Translations under genes and position numbers: made by a program
Part shown: piece after piece, positions 9,301 through 18,144 of the stretch
How the letters are laid out: every line of letters starts with the position of its first letter
Numbering within the stretch: the stretch's first letter is position 1
From: Thermoplasmata archaeon
GTDB taxonomy: Archaea; Thermoplasmatota; Thermoplasmata; Lutacidiplasmatales; UBA184
Length of the DNA: 40,693 bases
Assembly (NCBI GenBank): GCA_030041735.1
Contig: JASIBA010000040.1
Span: 1 to 40,693, forward strand
Direction: 5' to 3'
The notes under the pieces: model-generated
What the model was told of the DNA's origin: nothing
Seen by the model: only the letters and a program-made list of their open reading frames with translations
Database searches by the model: none

Positions 9301-10761
9301 GTGGGTTCGACCCTGAGCCCCGGGACCGCTCCGTTGGGCGGGGTCCCCCACCGCGCGGCGGTCGTCTCCGTCCTGGCCCTGGTCTGCGCGGCGCAGTTCG
9401 TGCTGCAGCTCGACTTCAGCATCGTCAACGTCGCGCTGCCGACCATCCAGCGCGAGCTCGGGTTCGCCCCGGCCGAGCTGCAGTGGATCGTCACCGGCTA
9501 CGCGCTCACGTTCGGCTCGCTGCTGCTCCTCGGAGGGCGGATCGGCGACCTCCTCGGCCGCCGCCGCCTGCTCGCGATCGGCCTGGTCGTCTTCGGGCTC
9601 GCGTCGCTCGCGGCCGGCCTCTCGATCTCGGCGGGGATGCTCATCGGAGCCCGACTGGTGCAGGGCGGCGCCGCGGCGATGGTCTCGCCCTCCGCGCTCG
9701 CGCTGCTGGCCGCCGGGACCGCCGAGGGGCCGGCGCGGAACCGGGCCCTGAGCCTCTTCCAGGCCGCGACCGCCGCGGGGGCCTCGGCGGGCGTGCTCGC
9801 CGGCGGCGTCCTCGTCAGCCTCGTGGGCTGGCGCTCGATCTTTTTCGTGAACGTGCCGATCGTGGCCGTGCTGCTCGTGCTGGTCCCGGGCACGATCCCC
9901 CGCGACGCGACCGCCGGGCACCCGAAGCTGGACCTGGTGGGGGCCGCCCTGGTGACCGGGAGCGGCGCTGCGCTGATCTTCGGGCTGAGCCACGGGGAGG
10001 AGAGCGGGTTCGGCAGCCTCCCGACCCTGCTCGCGATCGCGGGCGCGGCGGTCCTCGCGGTGGCCTTCGTGCTCGTCGAGCGGCGGGTGGCCGCGCCGAT
10101 GCTGCCGTTTTCCTACTTCCGGAACGCCACGCACCGGGCGGCGGTCGGGGCGATGGTGCTCGTCGGCGCCGTCATCGTGTCGTACGTCTACTTCGTCTCG
10201 CTCTACCTGCAGCGGGTCCTCGGGTTCACCCCGCTGCTCACCGGGCTCGCGCTGATCCCGTCGACCGCGACGATCGTGCTCATGACCACGCTCGTGACCC
10301 GACGCGTGATCGATCGGCTCGGCGTCAAGCGCGTCCTCCTGCTCGGGCTGGGACTCATCGCGGCGGGCCAGCTGTGGCTCGCGACCGTCCACGCGGGCGG
10401 ATCGTACCTCGACAACGTGCTCCCGGGCCAGATCGTGGCGTCCGTCGGGATGGCCCTCGCCCTCCCCACGGCCGCGATCGGCGCGACGAGCGGGATGGCC
10501 GCGTCCGAGCAGGGGCTCGCGAGCGGCCTCCTGAACACGGCGCAGCAGATGGGCGCGGCGGTGGGCCTGGCCGTGCTGGCGACCATCGCCGCCGCGCGCA
10601 CCGCCCAGACCTCCTCGCTCTCGGCCGGCTACTCGCTCGCCTTCGTCGTCGCGACGGGGCTCGCGCTGGTCGCGGTGATCGGGGTCGCCCACCGCCTCAA
10701 CCACGCGGCCTGCCAGGCCGAGCTCGCGCGGCAGCGAGCCGCCGGGCTCACGTCGCGCTGA
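9301..10761 (+). CDS. MFS transporter, DHA2 (EmrB/QacA-like, 14 TM)
   Basis: LDFSIVNVALPTI, GGRIGDLLGRRR, WRSIFFVNVP. Confidence 0.9.
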   Translation: MGSTLSPGTAPLGGVPHRAAVVSVLALVCAAQFVLQLDFSIVNVALPTIQRELGFAPAELQWIVTGYALTFGSLLLLGGRIGDLLGRRRLLAIGLVVFGLASLAAGLSISAGMLIGARLVQGGAAAMVSPSALALLAAGTAEGPARNRALSLFQAATAAGASAGVLAGGVLVSLVGWRSIFFVNVPIVAVLLVLVPGTIPRDATAGHPKLDLVGAALVTGSGAALIFGLSHGEESGFGSLPTLLAIAGAAVLAVAFVLVERRVAAPMLPFSYFRNATHRAAVGAMVLVGAVIVSYVYFVSLYLQRVLGFTPLLTGLALIPSTATIVLMTTLVTRRVIDRLGVKRVLLLGLGLIAAGQLWLATVHAGGSYLDNVLPGQIVASVGMALALPTAAIGATSGMAASEQGLASGLLNTAQQMGAAVGLAVLATIAAARTAQTSSLSAGYSLAFVVATGLALVAVIGVAHRLNHAACQAELARQRAAGLTSR

Positions 10762-10787
10762 GCGGCCGAGGGCCGGTCCGGCGCGGG

Positions 10788-11348
10788 CTACTTCGAGCCC
10801 TTCTCCGCCGCCCGCAGGGCTGCGACCATCGGGGCGAAGTCCGGGTAGCCGTCGTACCGGACCCCGTTGATGAAGAAGGTCGGGGTGCCGTTGACGCCGC
10901 TGCGCACCCCGCTCGCGAAGTCCTCCTCGATCCGCGCGGCGTAGGCGCGCGCGGCGACCTCGCGGGCGATCCGGGCGGCGTCCAGTTTCAGCCGGGTCTC
11001 CTCGCGGGCGAAGAGCGCCTCGTCGCCGAGCGAGCGCTGGTTCTCGTAGAGGAGGTCGTGCATCTCCCAGAACTTCCCTTGGGCGGCGGCTGCCTCGGCC
11101 GTCTCCGCGGCCCATTCGGCCATCGGGTGGGCGTTGGTGATCGGGAAGTTCCGGAAGACGAAGCGGAGCCGGTGGCCAAACTCCTTCTGGACCCGCTTGA
11201 CGATCGGGTAGGCCGCGCCGCAGTAGGGGCACTGGTAGTCCCCGTACTGCACGAGGACGAGGGGTGCGTCGGCCGGCCCGTCCGAGTGGTCCCGCTCGCC
11301 GACGGGGAGCGTGAGGTGCGGGGGTTCGTACGATCGCGCCATGGTCAC
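10788..11348 (-). CDS. DsbA-like thioredoxin-fold protein (no signal peptide)
   Basis: YGDYQCPYC, FRNFP, GVNGTPTFFING. Confidence 0.9.
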   Translation of the reverse strand: MTMARSYEPPHLTLPVGERDHSDGPADAPLVLVQYGDYQCPYCGAAYPIVKRVQKEFGHRLRFVFRNFPITNAHPMAEWAAETAEAAAAQGKFWEMHDLLYENQRSLGDEALFAREETRLKLDAARIAREVAARAYAARIEEDFASGVRSGVNGTPTFFINGVRYDGYPDFAPMVAALRAAEKGSK

Positions 11349-11349
11349 C

Positions 11350-11835
11350 TCACTCGAGGGCCTCCAACGCCGCGAGGATGCCGTCCGCGCCCGGGTTGAC
11401 GCCCTCGGGCGAGAGGTAGCTCCAGCGGATGACGCCCTTCTTGTCGATCACGAAGAGCGCGCGCGCGGACTCGCCGGCCCGAACGTCGAACGCGCCGTAC
11501 TGCCGCGAGACCTCGCCCTTCGGCTCGAAGTCGGCGAGGAGCGGGAAGTTCAGCTTCCGGTCCTTGGAGAACGCGAGGTGCGACCAGATCCCGTCCACGG
11601 AGATCCCCAGCACCTCGGCCTCGAACTTCTTGAACTCGGGCATCACCTGGGCATAGAGGCCCATCTGGTCGGAGCAGACGGGGCTCCAGTCGGCTGGATA
11701 GAAGGCGAGGACGACCGGCTTCCCGGCGAACTCCCGGAGGGAGACCGTCTGGTCCGGCGTGCTCTTCAGCGTGAAGTTCGGCGCGTGCACCCCCGGACCG
11801 AGCAACGGGGACTTGGCAGTCGCGGTTTTCGCCAT
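11350..11835 (-). CDS. 1-Cys peroxiredoxin, AhpC/TSA (AhpE-like)
   Basis: APNFTL, FYPADWSPVC (PxxxS/TxxC), GISVD, RALFVID. Single Cys. ATG at 11835 (alternative 11862). Confidence 0.85.
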   Translation of the reverse strand: MAKTATAKSPLLGPGVHAPNFTLKSTPDQTVSLREFAGKPVVLAFYPADWSPVCSDQMGLYAQVMPEFKKFEAEVLGISVDGIWSHLAFSKDRKLNFPLLADFEPKGEVSRQYGAFDVRAGESARALFVIDKKGVIRWSYLSPEGVNPGADGILAALEALE

Positions 11836-11949
11836 TGCGGCGGAACGGGCGAAGTGGGGCATAAGGATTCCAGCACCCCGGAGGCGCCGGCGCTCCGCGC
11901 GGTCGGACTACCCTCGTCCCGGGGAGCTTATACGGCCGCGCCGTATCCC

Positions 11950-11966
11950 ATCCCCCCCGAGGGGAT
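11950..11966. promoter_or_regulatory. CsoR/InrS-type C/G-tract operator
   Basis: atcccc-cccga-ggggat directly before the csoR-like ATG and downstream of TATA-like cttatac (11927-11933). It matches the C-tract/G-tract palindromes bound by CsoR/RcnR proteins. Confidence 0.65.
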
Positions 11967-12230
11967 ATGGTCGAGGACGAGCGGCACGCGATCGAGGCCC
12001 GGCTGGCGCGGATCGAGGGGCACATCCACGGCGTCCACCGCATGGCGCACGAGGGCCGCCCGTACCCCGAGCTGGTGCACCAGATCACGGCCGTGCGCTC
12101 CGCGCTCGACTCCGTCCTGCAGGCGATCGTGGAGGACCTCGTCTCCGAGTGCGTCGCCACCGCCTCGAACAGGGGCAAGGTGACGAGCCTCGTCGAGGAG
12201 CTCCGCGAGGTCGTGGCGAGCGCGCTCTGA
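11967..12230 (+). CDS. CsoR/RcnR (InrS-like) family repressor with atypical ligand set
   Basis: RLARIEGHIHGVHRM...QITAVRSALDSV...ECV. Confidence 0.85.
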   Translation: MVEDERHAIEARLARIEGHIHGVHRMAHEGRPYPELVHQITAVRSALDSVLQAIVEDLVSECVATASNRGKVTSLVEELREVVASAL

Positions 12231-12258
12231 CGGGCCTGCGAGGCCGACGACCGGGACC

Positions 12259-13182
12259 ATGCCCGAGCTCCACCACGGCGAAGGGGAGGCCGAGCAGCGC
12301 GTGCTGCGCGGGCTCCGCCTTGGCGTCGGGCTCTCGGCCGTCATCCTTGCCCTCGAGGCGGTCGGCGCCTACTTCTCGCACTCGCTCTCCCTGACGGTCG
12401 ACGCGGTCCACAACGTCCCCGACCTCCTCGCCTTCGGGATCTCCTGGTTCGCGCTCCGCGAGACGCGGGCCGGCTCGACCTCGGAGTTCACCTTCGGCAA
12501 GCACCGGCTCGAGGTGTTCGCCGGACTGTTCAACGGCCTCCTGATCCTCGCGGTCGGTCTCGTCTTCGGATACGAGGCCCTGGACGCGCTCCTCCGCGCG
12601 GTGCCGTTCGCCGGCCCGGTCGACGCCGTCTGGCTGCTCGCGGCCGCCGTGCCCACGCTGCTGCTGCGCGCGGTCAACCTGCGCGTGCTCGGGCGCCTCC
12701 CCGGTCGCGTCCGGGACCTGAACCTCCGCTCGGTGATCGTGCACCTCGCGAGCGACGTCGCGATCACGGTCGCGCTCCTGGCCGCGGGCGTGACCCTGCT
12801 GCTGCGCCCCGCGCTCGTCTGGACCGATGCGCTCGCGGCGATCGCCATCGCCGCGATCCTGGTCTACGAGAGCCTGCCGCTGCTGCGCGGGGGCTGGGAG
12901 GTCCTCACCGAGCGAACCCCCCACGGGCTCTCCGTCGCCTCGATCACCGAGGCCGCGCAGTCGGAGCGTGGCGTGACGGGGGTCCACGATGTCCACGTCT
13001 GGGCGGTCTGCGACACGCTGGTCTGCCTGACCGCGCACGTCGGGGTCGAGGAGATGACGATGGCCGAGGGGATGGACGTGATCCGGCGCCTGCGCGAGCG
13101 GATGGAGCGGGAGTTCGGGATCGTCCACGCCACGTTCGAGATCGAGGCCGCGCCGCGAGGCGCCGCGGCGCCCTCCCGATAA
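12259..13182 (+). CDS. Cation diffusion facilitator (CzcD-like) metal exporter
   Basis: SLSLTVDAVHNVPD (HxxxD), TFGKHRLE, NLRSVIVHLASD, VHDVHVW, FGIVHATFEIE. Confidence 0.9.
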   Translation: MPELHHGEGEAEQRVLRGLRLGVGLSAVILALEAVGAYFSHSLSLTVDAVHNVPDLLAFGISWFALRETRAGSTSEFTFGKHRLEVFAGLFNGLLILAVGLVFGYEALDALLRAVPFAGPVDAVWLLAAAVPTLLLRAVNLRVLGRLPGRVRDLNLRSVIVHLASDVAITVALLAAGVTLLLRPALVWTDALAAIAIAAILVYESLPLLRGGWEVLTERTPHGLSVASITEAAQSERGVTGVHDVHVWAVCDTLVCLTAHVGVEEMTMAEGMDVIRRLRERMEREFGIVHATFEIEAAPRGAAAPSR

Positions 13183-13208
13183 ATAGTTCCTCGGGCGCTG
13201 GCTCCGCG

Positions 13209-13685
13209 ATGATCCGGCTCGAGCCGATGGCCGAGGCCCGCTTTCGCGAGTTCTGGGAGGCGACGATCGCCCGCTACGCCGACGAGAACGTGGCCGCGGG
13301 TCGGTGGGAGCAGCCGGGCGCCCTCGCGAGGTCCCGGGCGGAGCACGAGCGGCTCCTCCCAAAGGGCCTCGCCACCCCGGACGAGTACCTGCGCGACATC
13401 CTCGACGCGGCCTCCGGCGAGCGCGTGGGCGAGGTGTGGTACTCGCACCGGAGCGAGGACGGCCCGAAGCAGATCTGGATCTTCTGGCTCGGGATCGATC
13501 CGACGCATCGGCGGCACGGGTATGCCGAGGCCGCCCTCGCGGCCGTCGAGGGCGAGGCGCGACGGCTCGGGAGCGACCGGGTCGGGTTGCACGTGTTTGC
13601 GGCCAACACCGGGGCGCGGGCGCTCTACGAGAAGGTCGGGTTCGTGACCACGAACCTCGTCATGTGGAAGGAGGCTCGGCGGTAG
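13209..13685 (+). CDS. GNAT family acetyltransferase
   Basis: IDPTHRRHGYA, LHVFAANTGARALYEKVGF. Confidence 0.9.
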   Translation: MIRLEPMAEARFREFWEATIARYADENVAAGRWEQPGALARSRAEHERLLPKGLATPDEYLRDILDAASGERVGEVWYSHRSEDGPKQIWIFWLGIDPTHRRHGYAEAALAAVEGEARRLGSDRVGLHVFAANTGARALYEKVGFVTTNLVMWKEARR

Positions 13686-13727
13686 CCCGAGCGCAGCCTC
13701 TTAGGCCGGGATCCCCCTCGGGGCGGC

Positions 13728-14195
13728 ATGGCCGGCCTCGACCTGGGAGACCTCCTGACCCTGGTGCAGACGATCGCGATCATCGTGGCGCTCCTGACCA
13801 CGCTCTACTTCTCACGTCGGCAGGTCCAGGCGTTCGCGGTGGATCTAGAGACGCGCGCGCTGAACGACATCGACGACAAGTTCCAGCGCTTGACCGAGCT
13901 CTTTGCCGAGCGTCCGCAGCTCGTGGACGTCATCGCGAAGGGCGAGGGGCGGGGCGCGGAGGAGCCCGTCGCCTACTACATCCTGTCCTTCTGCGCGCAC
14001 ATCTTTCGCCTGAGGAGCCGCGGCATCCTCGGCGACAACGAGTGGACGGGCTGGCGCGCGTGGATGCAGAACGCGTTCCGGCTGGGGTCGATCGGGCGTC
14101 TCTGGAAGGCGGAGCAGATCGGGCGCTGGTTCGACCCGGCGTTCCGGTCGTTCGTGGAGCGCGAGCTGCTCCCGGTCGCCCCCGCGGCCTCGTAG
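13728..14195 (+). CDS. Hypothetical protein with N-terminal TM helix
   Basis: Clean ATG ORF with host codon usage, a hydrophobic N-terminal helix and TATA-like cttagg about 28 nt upstream. Confidence 0.7.
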   Translation: MAGLDLGDLLTLVQTIAIIVALLTTLYFSRRQVQAFAVDLETRALNDIDDKFQRLTELFAERPQLVDVIAKGEGRGAEEPVAYYILSFCAHIFRLRSRGILGDNEWTGWRAWMQNAFRLGSIGRLWKAEQIGRWFDPAFRSFVERELLPVAPAAS

Positions 14196-14233
14196 GGATC
14201 CGGCTCGCCTCCGAGGCTCTATCAGGCCGGGGC

Positions 14234-15097
14234 GTGTGGCCCCGGCGGGGTCCGGGCCGCGCGCTCGGGACCCCGGAGCGGATCCCCACGAGAGGCGCGG
14301 CGTTCCGCGTGCGCCCGGGCGCGCGCGTCCGGCTCGACCGGAGCGACCCGGACGACACGCGCGCGGTCCACGGATCGAAGCGGCGGGCGGAGGCGGAGAG
14401 CGACCGGCTGGCGCGCCGGCTGAAGCACCTCCAGGAGCTCCTCTACGCCGACCACCGGCGCTCGGTGCTGATCGTGCTGACCGCGATCGACGCGGGCGGG
14501 AAGGACGGCACGGTCCAGCACGTGTTCGAGGGCGTGAACCCGCAGGGGGTCGCCGTCGCGCACTTCCGGGTGCCGACCGCCGAGGAAGCCGCCCACGACT
14601 TCCTCTGGCGGATCCATCCGCACACGCCCGCGAAGGGCGGGATCGCGATCTTCAACCGCAGCCACTACGAGGACGTCTTCGTCCCGCGCGTGCAGGGGCT
14701 CGTGCCGCGCCACGTCTGGCACCGCCGCTACCGCATGATCAACGAGTTCGAGCGCACCCTGGTCCTCGAGGGAACGACCGTGCTCAAGTTCTTCCTCCAC
14801 ATCAGCGAGGACGAGCAGAAGGCTCGGCTCCGCGCGCGACTGCGCGATCCGACCAAGCACTGGAAGTTCAGCGCGGACGACGTGCCGACCCGGCGTCTCT
14901 GGCCGGAGTACCAGGAGGCGTTCGAGGAGATGCTCACCCGCACCAGCACGCGCTGGGCCCCGTGGTACCTCGTGCCGGCGAACAAGAAGTGGTTCCGGGA
15001 CTGGGTCGTCTCGACCGTCCTGGTCGAGACGCTCGAGGCGATGGACCTCCGCTGGCCGGCGCTCCCGGCCGCCTGGAAAGGGGTGGAGATCCGATGA
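14234..15097 (+). CDS. ppk2: Polyphosphate kinase 2 family, class III-like
   Basis: LQELLYAD, IDAGGKDGTV (Walker A), HDFLWR, FNRSHYEDV, KFFLHIS, KHWKFS, APWYLVPANKKW. The GTG start at 14234 is uncertain. Confidence 0.9.
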   Translation: MWPRRGPGRALGTPERIPTRGAAFRVRPGARVRLDRSDPDDTRAVHGSKRRAEAESDRLARRLKHLQELLYADHRRSVLIVLTAIDAGGKDGTVQHVFEGVNPQGVAVAHFRVPTAEEAAHDFLWRIHPHTPAKGGIAIFNRSHYEDVFVPRVQGLVPRHVWHRRYRMINEFERTLVLEGTTVLKFFLHISEDEQKARLRARLRDPTKHWKFSADDVPTRRLWPEYQEAFEEMLTRTSTRWAPWYLVPANKKWFRDWVVSTVLVETLEAMDLRWPALPAAWKGVEIR

Positions 15098-15134
15098 CCG
15101 GCCACGCCCCGCCCGATCCCGCACGGACGTCCCC

Positions 15135-16382
15135 GTGACCGGGTCCGCGGGCTCGCCCGCGCCCCGTGAGCTGCCCCCGCCGCGGGTCCGGGGCCCGTTC
15201 CGATGGGCGGCGTACGCGCTCGCGGTCACGGCCTTCGGCGCGGGGGTTCCGACCCCGCTCTACGCGCTCTACGAGGCCAAGTTCAGCTTCGGGGAAGCCG
15301 ACGTCGGGCTCGTCTTCGCCGCGTACACGATCGGCGTCGTCGCGACGACCTTCCTCGTCGCGCCGCGATCCGACCAGCTGGGGTGCCGGCCGGTCCTGAT
15401 GATCGGGATGATGCTCACCGCCGCGAGCGGGGCCGTCTTCCTCGTCGCGGACGGCGTGCTCGTCCTCGCGCTCGCGCGCGTCGTCTCGGGGCTCGCGGTC
15501 GGCGCGACGACGAGCACGGCGACGGCCGCGATGGCCCGCCTCGAACCGAACGGCGACCAGCACCACGTCGCGCGCGTGTCGGTCGCGGCGAACTTCGGCG
15601 GCGTCGCGTCGGGGGTGCTCGCGAGCGGCCTCCTCGCCCAATTCGCGCCCCTCCCGACGGTCCTGCCGTTCCTGGTCCTGATCGGTCTCAGCGTCGTGGG
15701 GCTCGGTGCGGCGCGCGCCCTGCCCGAGACGTTCGTCCCGAGCGCCGGTCCCCGGCGCCTCGAGCCGGAGCCGATCCGGATCCCCCGCTCGATCCGGAGC
15801 GCGTTCGGGATCGCGTGCCTCGCGCTCGCGTCCTGCTACTCGATCTACGGGTTCTTCGGCGCGCTGGCTCCGACGTTCGTCCGCGTCGGGCTCGGATACG
15901 GCGGGGCCGCCGCGACCGGGCTCGTGGTCGCGACGATGTTCGGGAGCGCGGCGATCGCGCAGCTGTTCCTCTCGGAGGTCCGGGACCGCCGCGCGCTCCT
16001 CCTGGGCTTCCCGTTCCTGGTGGTCGCGCTCTCGGTGTTCGCGCTCGCGATCCTGGTCGCGTCCCTGCCGCTCCTCGTGCTCGCGGCCGTGCTGCTCGGC
16101 GCCGCGATCGGCTGCGCCTACATGGGCGCCGTGACCCTCATCGATCGGGTCGCGCCGGATCGCTGGCGCGGGGAGATCCTGGCCGGGTTCTATCTGAGCG
16201 GCTACCTCGCGCTCGCCGTCCCGACCATCGGGGTCGCGTTCGCGGGCCAGGCGATCGGCCTCGGGCTCGCGGCCGCCGCGTTCGGGATCACGCTGGTCGG
16301 CTTCGCGCTGCTCGGCCTGATCTGGACCGCGCGGACCCCCACGCCCCCCGGCGGGGAAGGTCGGCCGCGGGCGGCGGCGTGA
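15135..16382 (+). CDS. MFS transporter (same subfamily as 7492..8823)
   Basis: VPTPLY, SDQLGCRPVL, about 12 TM. Confidence 0.85.
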   Translation: MTGSAGSPAPRELPPPRVRGPFRWAAYALAVTAFGAGVPTPLYALYEAKFSFGEADVGLVFAAYTIGVVATTFLVAPRSDQLGCRPVLMIGMMLTAASGAVFLVADGVLVLALARVVSGLAVGATTSTATAAMARLEPNGDQHHVARVSVAANFGGVASGVLASGLLAQFAPLPTVLPFLVLIGLSVVGLGAARALPETFVPSAGPRRLEPEPIRIPRSIRSAFGIACLALASCYSIYGFFGALAPTFVRVGLGYGGAAATGLVVATMFGSAAIAQLFLSEVRDRRALLLGFPFLVVALSVFALAILVASLPLLVLAAVLLGAAIGCAYMGAVTLIDRVAPDRWRGEILAGFYLSGYLALAVPTIGVAFAGQAIGLGLAAAAFGITLVGFALLGLIWTARTPTPPGGEGRPRAAA

Positions 16383-16397
16383 CCTCCCGCGTCTCCC

Positions 16398-16859
16398 TCA
16401 GACGGGCTTCTCGAAGTGCAGGAAGACGTCGTCGCGGACCCAGCCTTCGGCGGCGTAGAGGCGCTGCGCCGGATTGTCCTTCGCGGTCTCGAGGCTGACG
16501 AAGGCGGCCCCGGACTCCCGCGCGAACGTAACGGCCCGTCGCAGGAGCGCGGCGCCCACGCCGCGCGCGCGGTGCTCGGGCACCACGTAGAGGTCGTTCA
16601 GGATCCATCCGGGCTTCAAGCGCTCGGAGGAGAACACCGGGTAGAGCAGGGTGAAGCCGATCGCCACGCCGCCGGCTTCGGCGAGGAAGACCACGGCTTC
16701 CTCTGCGGCGAGCCGGTCGTCGAGGAACCGCCGCTCCGCGGCCGGGTCCGTCCGTTGGCGGTAGAACTCCCGGTAGGCGCCGAACAGCGGGACGAGGCGG
16801 TCGACGTCGGGGGGCGAGGCCCGGCGGATCGCCACCGGCTCGTCCGCCCCGGGGCTCAT
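16398..16859 (-). CDS. GNAT family acetyltransferase
   Basis: LFGAYREFY, GFTLLYP, WILNDLYVVPEHRARGVG, ETAKDNPAQRLY. The ATG overlaps the stop of the SDR gene. Confidence 0.9.
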   Translation of the reverse strand: MSPGADEPVAIRRASPPDVDRLVPLFGAYREFYRQRTDPAAERRFLDDRLAAEEAVVFLAEAGGVAIGFTLLYPVFSSERLKPGWILNDLYVVPEHRARGVGAALLRRAVTFARESGAAFVSLETAKDNPAQRLYAAEGWVRDDVFLHFEKPV

Positions 16860-17626
16860 CCGTGCCCGCCCAGCTCGGCCCCGCCGGTCGAGGCGCCGCC
16901 GTCGACGGTCAGGAGCGCGCCCGTCACCCAGCGGCTCTCGTCCGAGACGAAGTAGCGGATCGCGCGGGCGATCTCCCAGGGGCTCGTGGGCAGCCGGTCC
17001 GTGAGCGGCACCGCGCCCCCCGCCCCGGTCGGGTCCTTGCTCTCGGCCCGCCCCGCGATCGAGCCGGGCAGTACGGCGTTGAACCGGATCCCGAGCGGCC
17101 GGTAGTCGCGAGCGAGCTTGGGGACGAGGTCGACCAGCCCGCCCTTCGCGGCGCAGTAGGAGGCGCTGCCCGACCACCGGACCGCGAGCGCGGCCGAGAT
17201 CAGCACGATGCTTCCGTGCCGGCGGTCGACCATCCCCGGCAGTACGGCGTGCCCGAGCTGGTAGACCGCATCGAGATTGTCCCGGATCCCGGCCGACCAC
17301 TCCGCGGGCGACATCCGATGGAGCAACGTCTCGCCGGGGACCCAGTGCCCGACGTGGATCGATACGGCATCGATGGCTCCGACCTCCGCCTCCACGGACC
17401 GGACCAGGCGCTCGGCGTCCTGGGCGTCGGTCACGTCGGCGACGCGCCCCTCCGCCGACCCCCCACCCGCACGGGCGTGCTCGACGGCGGCGGCGAACCC
17501 GTCCGGCTTCCGGGCGACCGCGACCACGCGGGCCCCTTCGGACGCGAGCAGCTCCACGGTCGCGGTCCCGAGCCCGCTCCCGACTCCGGCGATGAGCACG
17601 ACCTTCCCGTGCAACGATCCGGCCAT
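16856..17626 (-). CDS. Short-chain dehydrogenase/reductase
   Basis: IAGVGSGLG, catalytic YCAAK, IRFNAVLPG, VTGALLTVDGG. Confidence 0.9.
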   Translation of the reverse strand: MAGSLHGKVVLIAGVGSGLGTATVELLASEGARVVAVARKPDGFAAAVEHARAGGGSAEGRVADVTDAQDAERLVRSVEAEVGAIDAVSIHVGHWVPGETLLHRMSPAEWSAGIRDNLDAVYQLGHAVLPGMVDRRHGSIVLISAALAVRWSGSASYCAAKGGLVDLVPKLARDYRPLGIRFNAVLPGSIAGRAESKDPTGAGGAVPLTDRLPTSPWEIARAIRYFVSDESRWVTGALLTVDGGASTGGAELGGHG

Positions 17627-17709
17627 GGTCGCGGGACGGCCTTCCCGTTCATCCCTCTGTCGTCGGGGCGACCGCTCCGGGTCAAGTAGGGCGCCGAGCT
17701 CCTCGGAGC

Positions 17710-18144
17710 ATGTCGCCGGACGCCACGGATGCCGAGCTGAGCCAAGTCGAGCGGTTCGAGTTCCAAGCGCGATTCCCGGGGGCCCCGTACGCCGGCTTCG
17801 AGGTCGACGAGCCGGCGCCCACCGGCCACGACGCGGGACCAGGCCCGGTGCGGACCCTCGCGCTCGCCGTCGGCCACTGCATGAGCTCGACCCTTGTCAG
17901 CACCTGCGAGCGCGCCCACGTCCCGATCCGCCCCGTCCGCACGATCGTGCGCGCCACGGTCGGGCGGAACGAGCGCGGCCGCCTGCGCGTCACGAACCTC
18001 GAGGTCGAGATCGCGACCGCACCGCTCGACGAGGGGGACCGGGCCCGCTTCGACCACTGCGTCGAGATCTTTCCCGACTTCTGCACGGTCTCGGGCGCGG
18101 TCCGCGCCGGGATCCCGATCGCGCACCGGGTGGCGCCGCCCTAG
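17710..18144 (+). CDS. OsmC family protein
   Basis: DEPAPTGHDAGPGP, ALAVGHCMSSTL, FCTVSGAV (two conserved Cys). Confidence 0.85.
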   Translation: MSPDATDAELSQVERFEFQARFPGAPYAGFEVDEPAPTGHDAGPGPVRTLALAVGHCMSSTLVSTCERAHVPIRPVRTIVRATVGRNERGRLRVTNLEVEIATAPLDEGDRARFDHCVEIFPDFCTVSGAVRAGIPIAHRVAPP

